From a virus (lineage: Duplodnaviria; Caudoviricetes), in the IMG/VR virus record IMGVR_UViG_3300042484_001556, positions 2,123-66,122 of that record: a stretch of 64,000 nt of DNA, one strand, 5' to 3'. The notes below the pieces were generated by a model. That model made no database searches and had not been told where the DNA came from. It worked only from the letters and a program-made list of their open reading frames with translations. This document shows, piece by piece, positions 57,731 to 64,000 of this stretch. The first letter of the stretch is position 1; each line of letters starts with the position of its first letter. The position numbers and the translations under genes are program-made.

Positions 57731-57973
57731 ATGACTAGAGAATATACTGCAAAATTGCTGCAAATGATTGACGATGGTATGCTTGATAAGGATATGGTCA
57801 TCTCTGCCTTTGCGCAGTATTTGTCTGAGGATGAAGTTCGAGAAATGATGTACATGAATGATATGATTGATGACATCGACGAGTATGATGATAGTATGGA
57901 TGGTGATTTTGATACTGCAATGAGCTCTGCAGGTATGGGTACAGATGAAGATTATAACTTTTATGGAGTATAA
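57731..57973 (+). CDS. Acidic early protein
   Basis: aaggag RBS; C-terminal MDGDFD.A..SAG.GTDEDY. Confidence 0.7.
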   Translation: MTREYTAKLLQMIDDGMLDKDMVISAFAQYLSEDEVREMMYMNDMIDDIDEYDDSMDGDFDTAMSSAGMGTDEDYNFYGV

Positions 57974-57974
57974 T

Positions 57975-58313
57975 ATGACTACACTTGATACAACTACAAT
58001 TGAAACCGCAGTAATGGAAGCGTTTGCTGCAGCAAAAGAAGCAAGCCTAAGTGAATTCAACCGACTAGGTGGAGACAGTATGTCATGTGGTTTTGCTTGG
58101 GTAACAGTAAAACCTGGTACATCTAAGGTTGCTCGATATCTGAAGGCAATTGGTGAAGGTAAAGCTGCGTATGGCGGTGGCACACAAATTTGGAATCCAG
58201 GTAAACTTAATGTACAGAACATCGATATCAAAGAAGAGGGGGCCTATGCATTTGCAAGGGTTCTTCGAGCCAAACTAGGTGTTAAGGTAATTGTTGATTC
58301 GAGATTAGATTAA
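57975..58313 (+). CDS. Conserved phage hypothetical protein
   Basis: CGFAWV.V...QN...KE.GA.AFA.VL...SRLD; ggag RBS, ATG at 57975. Confidence 0.7.
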   Translation: MTTLDTTTIETAVMEAFAAAKEASLSEFNRLGGDSMSCGFAWVTVKPGTSKVARYLKAIGEGKAAYGGGTQIWNPGKLNVQNIDIKEEGAYAFARVLRAKLGVKVIVDSRLD

Positions 58314-58436
58314 TGAGTACTATTATGTGGAAACTAAATTCGTTTTTAAATACAAAATTTCCTAGGACTTTAACTATATTGCAGAATTTTACATTCGCAG
58401 AATGGTTTAGTGTTTTCTTTCTTGTAGGAGTTGCAT

Positions 58437-58610
58437 TTGACAAATTCTAATGAGATGGTCGGTGTCGCGAAGCGAACATTCCATACTAATGAGTCAGTAG
58501 TTATTGTTAAAGCTAACAGCAATGAGGCGCCTCCTTCAGCGAACACTGTACCTATCGCACCGGAACCTTCTCCAGACAAAAAAGACGATTCGGGGTATCT
58601 TTGGCTATGA
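58437..58610 (+). CDS. 57-aa hypothetical protein (TTG start; absent from the ORF track)
   Basis: aggag RBS before TTG; stop overlaps ATG 58607. Confidence 0.4.
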   Translation: MTNSNEMVGVAKRTFHTNESVVIVKANSNEAPPSANTVPIAPEPSPDKKDDSGYLWL

Positions 58611-58912
58611 GTTCTATTGATAGGTTATCAGATCAATTGCTGAAAGATGTTTCAGGTAAGTGGGTAGCAACATCATGTCTGGAACAGTTTGCTCAGTCTG
58701 TAGCAAAAGAATGTACTTCGGTAATTTGGGACACTATGCGACACCCTGGCGGTGCGGTTGATCTAGCTCAGCATGCTATGCTTGTTCATATCATATCTGA
58801 AATCAACGATAGATTTTCGATACAGGATAACGGCATATTACAAATGCTTAGTGCCGATATCAATGAAGCATTTAATAATGGCGCTAGTTTAGCTAACATG
58901 GAGACACCATAA
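58607..58912 (+). CDS. Hypothetical protein
   Basis: LEQFAQ.V.KEC pattern; ATG at 58607. Confidence 0.6.
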   Translation: MSSIDRLSDQLLKDVSGKWVATSCLEQFAQSVAKECTSVIWDTMRHPGGAVDLAQHAMLVHIISEINDRFSIQDNGILQMLSADINEAFNNGASLANMETP

Positions 58913-59079
58913 TGGAAGTACAACCGAAGGATACGAGTCGAGGCCACTTCTGGGTCAGTATAGGTAAGAGTGCTGTTCGTATATTTGCTGGCGGTGTATT
59001 GATGCTAGGAAATGTTTGGTTAGCCGGCATTTGTATTGTATTAGCAGAATGTCTCGGTATCCTTGAAGAGCTCGTATAA
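58912..59079 (+). CDS. 55-aa membrane protein (absent from the ORF track)
   Basis: ggag RBS; HFWVS..KS.VRI.AG...AE.LGILEELV. Confidence 0.65.
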   Translation: MEVQPKDTSRGHFWVSIGKSAVRIFAGGVLMLGNVWLAGICIVLAECLGILEELV

Positions 59080-59099
59080 TTTTTAAATAATCTAAACCG

Positions 59100-59106
59100 A
59101 TAAATA
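59100..59106 (+). promoter_or_regulatory. Late promoter core ATAAATA inside the early region
   Basis: gataaatatt about 25 bp upstream of ATG 59128. Confidence 0.55.
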
Positions 59107-59127
59107 TTGTTATTTACAGGAATCGGC

Positions 59128-60615
59128 ATGAGAAATTTTAAGCAAATTAGAGAAGAAACCGGCCATTATGCAAAGGCTGAAGAACATCTATCTAAAGCAA
59201 ATGATGCAGATGCTAAAGGCAAACCGGCATCATTCCACGCTCATATGGCCGAATACCACGATGAATTGTCCCAGTGGCACGAATCAAAAGGTAGAAGCGC
59301 TACAGCAGATAAGCACGCTGATAAAGCAGACTACCATCACGAAAAATCAATAGATCTTGGCCGAGGTGTACATGAAGCTAGAGATACTAAACAAGAACTA
59401 AGAGACGCAATGACAAGACATACTCGTTCCGCGATTGCCGCAAAAGGCGAAGGCGATAGCGAAAAGGTAAAAGTTCATCAAGCGTATATCAACAAAATCA
59501 AAGACAAATTAGGTAAGATGGATGCAATGGGCGAGGAGGCTGGCCCATTTAGTTACGGAGCGAAAAAGCTACAAGGTGCGGATAAAGATACTGGGGTTAG
59601 TGAAGCTGAGCAGATCGATGAACTGAAAAAGTCTACATTGGGTTCTTATGTTAAGAAAGCAGCACAAGATGCTGAAGAGGCAGGCAGAGACCAAGAGTAT
59701 CATGGTCATAAAAATGACTATGCGCGTGGTGAAAAACGTCAAAAAGGTATTGCAAAAGCAGTTGATCGTTTGACTAAAGAAGATATAAATTCATACGATT
59801 TTGAAAAAGACGCTGACGCTAGCATAAAAGCTATGCGAGATAAAACAGCCGCCAAACGAGCAGCAGAAACTCCAGCACAAAAAGATGATCGTCGAGCAGC
59901 AACCGCCGCAAAAATGGCAACACCTGCCCCAGATGGTAGCGCAAGAGTAAGTCCTGACGATCAAATGGATAAGGACATAAAGGCTCATAGGGCTCGTGTA
60001 CAAAACGCTAAACCTAGCATGGCGGAAGAGCAAGAACAAATAGACGAATTAAAAACCGGTACATTACTTCGCTATCACACTAAAGCAGGAAAAAGTGGTT
60101 TAGAAGCTGGTGTAAGAGCATCAAAAAGTTTAGATGCAGGTAAGTATGTTAGTGCTATTCCAGATCTTAATACGCGTGAGAAGCGTATGAAAGGTCAAAT
60201 GCAAGCCATGAGTAAAATACAAAAACGGTATGCTACTGAAGAAGCTGAACTAGAAGAAGCTATTACCAGCAAAGACATTAAAATGGCTGTTGGGGTAGTA
60301 AAAGATAAAAGATATGCCGGTGGTAATATGACCGGTGCAGTAAGTACATTAGAAAAAATTAAAAAGAATCTATCTAATCATCCAAGAGTACAGCAAGCAC
60401 TCAAAACTGCCAACGAAGAAGTTGATGATGAAGGTAGTATGGCTAAAGGTCAATTAAACAGAATGATTGACCAGGCAACCGGTCTAGTTAAAATTATGGA
60501 TGATAAAAAGCAGTTGGATGGTTGGGTACAATCTAAACTAACTACGGCATCTGATTATCTTGATTCGGTCCATGATTACCTAATGCATAGTAAACAAGAT
60601 GTTGATACAAAGTAG
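59128..60615 (+). CDS. Probable internal head (core) protein with repeated protease-type sites
   Basis: MRNFKQIREE start, charged modules separated by EQIDE/LEE/EE motifs, and C-terminal EGSMAKGQL...WVQSKLT.ASDYL. Confidence 0.6.
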   Translation: MRNFKQIREETGHYAKAEEHLSKANDADAKGKPASFHAHMAEYHDELSQWHESKGRSATADKHADKADYHHEKSIDLGRGVHEARDTKQELRDAMTRHTRSAIAAKGEGDSEKVKVHQAYINKIKDKLGKMDAMGEEAGPFSYGAKKLQGADKDTGVSEAEQIDELKKSTLGSYVKKAAQDAEEAGRDQEYHGHKNDYARGEKRQKGIAKAVDRLTKEDINSYDFEKDADASIKAMRDKTAAKRAAETPAQKDDRRAATAAKMATPAPDGSARVSPDDQMDKDIKAHRARVQNAKPSMAEEQEQIDELKTGTLLRYHTKAGKSGLEAGVRASKSLDAGKYVSAIPDLNTREKRMKGQMQAMSKIQKRYATEEAELEEAITSKDIKMAVGVVKDKRYAGGNMTGAVSTLEKIKKNLSNHPRVQQALKTANEEVDDEGSMAKGQLNRMIDQATGLVKIMDDKKQLDGWVQSKLTTASDYLDSVHDYLMHSKQDVDTK

Positions 60616-60662
60616 TACAAACTAAAGAGAAGCAATCTACATAACCTAAGTGAGATTTTATA

Positions 60663-60848
60663 ATGACCAAACTTGTTCTACTTAATTTTTTAGTATTTCT
60701 CTCTAGCATGACGTTCGCCCTAAGCGCAGGCAATATTCTAGCCTGCGCTCTCCTCTTCGTATTTTTTACGATCACCCATACTATACTAGAAATTCGCAAC
60801 GATGCCAATTTTGAACAACCAAAACGTATAGAACCCGTACTAGATTAA
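60663..60848 (+). CDS. Small two-TM membrane protein
   Basis: Two hydrophobic stretches. Confidence 0.5.
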   Translation: MTKLVLLNFLVFLSSMTFALSAGNILACALLFVFFTITHTILEIRNDANFEQPKRIEPVLD

Positions 60849-60862
60849 CGATCATCTTTTGC

Positions 60863-60891
60863 TTGACTTTTCTTCCAAACTATGCTATAAT
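60863..60891 (+). promoter_or_regulatory. Early sigma70 promoter with extended -10
   Basis: TTGACT-N17-TATAAT with TGc before the -10 box. Confidence 0.85.
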
Positions 60892-60926
60892 ATGCATATA
60901 GACAATGAAGAAACGGAGTGATTACT

Positions 60927-61076
60927 ATGGTGGACCAAGAATTACTTGATACGTTGTATAACGCACTCATTAATTTAGATGAAGTAGCTGGTTGTTTTGA
61001 TGAGGAAACCAATGCTAGGATTGACGGGCAGCGCCGAGAACTTGCGGCACGCATACGTGAACTAGAACCAGCATAA
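60927..61076 (+). CDS. 49-aa early protein (absent from the ORF track)
   Basis: ggag RBS after the promoter; MVDQELLDTLYNAL...IRELEPA. Confidence 0.6.
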   Translation: MVDQELLDTLYNALINLDEVAGCFDEETNARIDGQRRELAARIRELEPA

Positions 61077-61237
61077 TGAACGAAGACGACATAGTATACA
61101 GGCTGCGTAAGAGAGCTGAGATCCGTAGGCAGATTGTAGATCGTAAGTCTGTACAGGAAGGTCGACCAGATCGTATTGCAGATTTGTTAGAAGAAGCGGC
61201 AATTGAGATAGAGAGGTTACGTAATGAAAACATTTGA
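61076..61237 (+). CDS. 53-aa hypothetical protein (absent from the ORF track)
   Basis: MNEDDIVYRLRKRAEIRRQI..RKSVQEG.PDRIADLLEEAA.EIE.LR; TAATG coupling. Confidence 0.65.
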   Translation: MNEDDIVYRLRKRAEIRRQIVDRKSVQEGRPDRIADLLEEAAIEIERLRNENI

Positions 61238-61448
61238 TACATTTGAACAAGTAGAAGGTATGGGCGGCTGCATGAAGAAGCCGATTGTGGTTCATGCTAA
61301 GAAGATGGATGTAGAATTCCGAGTTAATACTCTAGAAGGTAATTACAAGCAAGGCAAACCTGAAGATTATCTTATGAGAGGCATTGATGGTGAATTGTAT
61401 ATTTGTGATGGCCCTATCTTTGAAAAGACTTATAATTGGGTTGAATGA
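61224..61448 (+). CDS. Conserved phage protein (TLEG...GDY-type)
   Basis: TLEG......DYL..G..GE.Y.C...IFEKTY; gaggt RBS. Confidence 0.7.
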   Translation: MKTFDTFEQVEGMGGCMKKPIVVHAKKMDVEFRVNTLEGNYKQGKPEDYLMRGIDGELYICDGPIFEKTYNWVE

Positions 61449-61576
61449 AGAAGAAAACTAATTGATATGACAGATAATTTTATATTCATTACTACGTTTG
61501 TTTTCATTATTTTTTGCGCTAGTATTTCGCTAATTGGATTCGGAATGATGTTGGCTAAGATGGTACTAAGTACACT

Positions 61577-61819
61577 ATGATACCGCATATACTACTCATG
61601 TGGTCAATGTCAATATCCACAATTACTGGAACAGAGCACGGTGACTGGAAGTATCTGGGAACGTATGAATCCAACAAAGCCTGCCAACAAGCTTTCGTAG
61701 ACCTCTCGGCACAATACTACAATATCTACGGTACCTTTAAGTGCATGCCTGACGCATATTTACAGCAAGAAGTAAAAGTACAGAAGAAAACGAACACTGA
61801 TAACTGGGTAAGATACTAA
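61577..61819 (+). CDS. Hypothetical protein, possibly secreted
   Basis: Hydrophobic N-terminus; two Cys (AC..A, FKC.P). Confidence 0.55.
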   Translation: MIPHILLMWSMSISTITGTEHGDWKYLGTYESNKACQQAFVDLSAQYYNIYGTFKCMPDAYLQQEVKVQKKTNTDNWVRY

Positions 61820-61956
61820 TGGGAAATTTCATCATAGGTACCATATTTGGAATTATTGTATCTCAGCTAGGATTCAGCGGAGTAGCAAAGATTCTAGATA
61901 AAGCAATGTATTCGATACAGGAAATCGCAGTAGACTACGAACAGAGCAAGCGATGA
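61819..61956 (+). CDS. 45-aa membrane protein (absent from the ORF track)
   Basis: MGNFIIGTIFGIIVSQLGFSGVAKILDK; TAATG coupling. Confidence 0.55.
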   Translation: MGNFIIGTIFGIIVSQLGFSGVAKILDKAMYSIQEIAVDYEQSKR

Positions 61957-62111
61957 GTATTTGGAATCATATCTACTATCTAGTAAGACACGGTGCCTGG
62001 TCCGCAGGCCGACAATGGGGTAAATCTAAATTCGGCGTGTACCATAATTACTATGACGGTGACTGGATCACGTTAAACCTGGGACCATTCTGGATTTGTG
62101 TAAACTATTAG
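61953..62111 (+). CDS. 52-aa aromatic-rich protein (absent from the ORF track)
   Basis: ATGA overlap; YYDG.W..LNLGPFW. Confidence 0.5.
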   Translation: MSIWNHIYYLVRHGAWSAGRQWGKSKFGVYHNYYDGDWITLNLGPFWICVNY

Positions 62112-62133
62112 TAACAAGGTAACGTACGAATAA

Positions 62134-62418
62134 ATGATAATACATAAGATACCAATGTCGCTACTAAACAATGTAGCACAAGCAGGAGAACAGACAAAAC
62201 GTATCAACTCTCACAAGCATGAGGATGATATGGTAAAGTACAGCAATGAAGCATTTAATTTAAAAGCACTACAAGAATCCCACCGTCTTCAACGTAATTA
62301 CACGTACATGAAAGACACAGAACTAATCAACCTATACTGGCATACATCAAACCAATACGAGAACAGTTTGTTAAAGTATGCTACGTACTCCGGTCTACAT
62401 ATAGATCGATACATCTAA
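62134..62418 (+). CDS. Hypothetical protein
   Basis: 94-aa ORF. Confidence 0.5.
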   Translation: MIIHKIPMSLLNNVAQAGEQTKRINSHKHEDDMVKYSNEAFNLKALQESHRLQRNYTYMKDTELINLYWHTSNQYENSLLKYATYSGLHIDRYI

Positions 62419-62427
62419 TCAATTAGT

Positions 62428-62751
62428 ATGACAACGATGTCTGTGCAGGACATTCTCATATACCTAAAAAACGTAATGGGCACAACCTCGCATGAAGATT
62501 GGCGTAACAATATAGTCAATACTAACGATCATTTTGTGCTAATGACTATTCCGCTAAACTCATTAATGAGCAATCTCTCTAATCTAAATCAAGCAAATGT
62601 AGAAAAATACAAACAAATGAATACGAAAGCACCTCTCATAGTGATTGGTAGCGACGGTAATATCATTGACGGATATCATAGAGTAAACGCAATGAAAGAA
62701 CTTAAGGTTACTACAATAGAAGCATGGGTAGGAACAAAAGAAAAAACGTAA
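62428..62751 (+). CDS. ParB/Srx-like domain protein
   Basis: PLIVI...IIDGYHRV.A...L....I.AWV. Confidence 0.7.
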   Translation: MTTMSVQDILIYLKNVMGTTSHEDWRNNIVNTNDHFVLMTIPLNSLMSNLSNLNQANVEKYKQMNTKAPLIVIGSDGNIIDGYHRVNAMKELKVTTIEAWVGTKEKT

Positions 62752-63096
62752 TATAGCATCGAAATAAGTCAACAACAGTGCGGCTTCTCAAGGGGCAAAA
62801 AGCAAAAAGCAACGTTAAAGTACAGATTAGATCGATATGGCATATAGAGTATATAGAACATATAGAATAATCGAGCCTATACAGAATAGCATATATAGTG
62901 TCAGAATGTATAGAGGGCGTAGATAGATCGGTAGCGTGCGTAGAGTACTAGCTTTCCGTAGATGTACTTGATGTACTTGATGTTGCATGCTTGTTATATT
63001 ATATTTTTATTAATATTATTGTTCTAACAACTCTAGCGCTCAACGGCGGCAGCTAGACTTATTATATTAACAACTCTATCTATTCTAACAAAATGC

Positions 63097-63125
63097 TTGA
63101 CTTTTTGGTCAAACTGTGCTATAAT
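63097..63125 (+). promoter_or_regulatory. Early sigma70 promoter with extended -10
   Basis: TTGACT-N17-TATAAT; shares tgctataatatgcatatagacaat with the 60863 promoter. Confidence 0.85.
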
Positions 63126-63157
63126 ATGCATATAGACAATAAAGAAAAGGGGCAGTT

Positions 63158-63409
63158 ATGCGTAGAGCGGCAGTGATCAAAGGGTTCAAGAACTCGCAGA
63201 AAATCAGAGCTATCGTAGACGGTGTTGGCCTCTATATGACGATTGGAGAGATCGTAGACAGCTTTGTTTATACTACACAGTATTGCGCTGTAGAGCAAAC
63301 GCTACATATGATGGCTAGAGAGAAGTGCGGTGGAATCAGTCAGCGCTTAGGCATATATGATTACAAAATGAACAAGGTGACGGTTGATGTACAAGTGGAT
63401 TTAGTTTAG
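63158..63409 (+). CDS. Hypothetical early protein
   Basis: First ORF after the promoter; agggg RBS. Confidence 0.65.
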   Translation: MRRAAVIKGFKNSQKIRAIVDGVGLYMTIGEIVDSFVYTTQYCAVEQTLHMMAREKCGGISQRLGIYDYKMNKVTVDVQVDLV

Positions 63410-63414
63410 ACAAT

Positions 63415-63582
63415 TTATGCTATATAGAAACACACCAATTGCCCTTATAAGCAATTATATTGAAGGACTGCGGAATTCTGAACATACAGCTTACCGAGAA
63501 AAGCGAGAAACAAATTGGAAACAATTTGCCAAGCGTAAGGCTGCGTCAGACTGGTTCATTGGTGTGTTTCTATATAGTGTAA
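63415..63582 (+). ncRNA. Candidate structured non-coding RNA of unknown family
   Basis: Perfect 20-bp closing inverted repeat (63420-63439 / 63558-63577) with nested stems and a GAAA-tetraloop hairpin. Confidence 0.6.
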
Positions 63583-63596
63583 TTTAAGGAGAAGAA

Positions 63597-63794
63597 ATGA
63601 CAGAAACAGAAATTCGTGCGAAGATGGATGCTTTACTGGAATCGAACAAGCATTGGAAGAGTTGTCAGGATGGTAGCTATGAAATGGCCTTGAGCATGAG
63701 CGGCTACTATGATTTGCGATCCCAATTGAATGCAGCCGAAGACGCACGCATTGAAGCAATAATCGTTAACGATTTAACAACTCCTAAGCAATAA
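63597..63794 (+). CDS. Hypothetical early protein
   Basis: aaggag RBS; 65 aa. Confidence 0.65.
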   Translation: MTETEIRAKMDALLESNKHWKSCQDGSYEMALSMSGYYDLRSQLNAAEDARIEAIIVNDLTTPKQ

Positions 63795-63802
63795 TAAAAT
63801 GC

Positions 63803-63831
63803 TTGACTTTTTGTCCGAAATGTGCTATAAT
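63803..63831 (+). promoter_or_regulatory. Early sigma70 promoter with extended -10
   Basis: TTGACT-N17-TATAAT with TG extension. Confidence 0.85.
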
Positions 63832-63861
63832 AGCAACATGGAAAATAAAAAAGGAGAACAA

Positions 63862-64000
63862 ATGGACGTTAAGGTGAAGTTCAACTCTAGCAAGAATCGC
63901 TTTGAGGGTTTTGTTGACGGTAAGATGGTTTCACGCTCAAGGCACGAATCATATGTAAAAGACCAGTTAGCTAAGCTAGGCTTCGTCGTTGGTAACAATG
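63862..64000 (+). CDS. Hypothetical early protein, 3' end truncated by the window
   Basis: aaggag RBS; MDVKVKFNSSKNRFEGFVDGK... is open to the window end. Confidence 0.65.
   Translation, partial: MDVKVKFNSSKNRFEGFVDGKMVSRSRHESYVKDQLAKLGFVVGNN

Noticed and set aside
58440-58600. Hammerhead-like ribozyme (two ctaatgag motifs)
   Set aside because: No matching GAAA core or three-stem geometry found; the region is explained by a small + strand ORF with an RBS.
52727-64000. tRNA genes
   Set aside because: No cloverleaf with a T-arm GTTCRA and acceptor stem was recognised by eye; tRNAscan-SE would settle it.

Overview
The window is a 64-kb segment of a large, AT-rich T4-like myophage genome. All credible genes lie on the + strand. 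Spanins, lipoproteins and an ErpA/IscA gene point to a Gram-negative, probably proteobacterial, host. 1-35.5 kb is a late-transcribed block of tail-fibre and virion-appendage genes: two Gly-X-Thr collagen fibres with S74 chaperone tails, a glycosyltransferase, repeated carrier/adaptor/Gly-rich-tip cassettes and an S8 protease. 35.5-47.1 kb holds primase, ThyX, spanins, NrdAB with Fe-S genes between and beside them, dCMP deaminase, a cytidylyltransferase and a GIY-YIG nuclease. 47.1-52.8 kb is a second fibre island. 52.8-64 kb is an early-type region of small ORFs behind repeated sigma70 promoters, with a probable protease-processed internal head protein, an origin-like non-coding segment and a structured ncRNA candidate. 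The main novel signal is an apparent plug-and-socket fibre system. In three tandem cassettes one Calx-beta/Ig-like domain is split across a gene boundary, and four fibres end in a short hydrophobic tag followed by a ~110-aa adaptor gene. All family assignments come from motif recognition by eye, not database searches.
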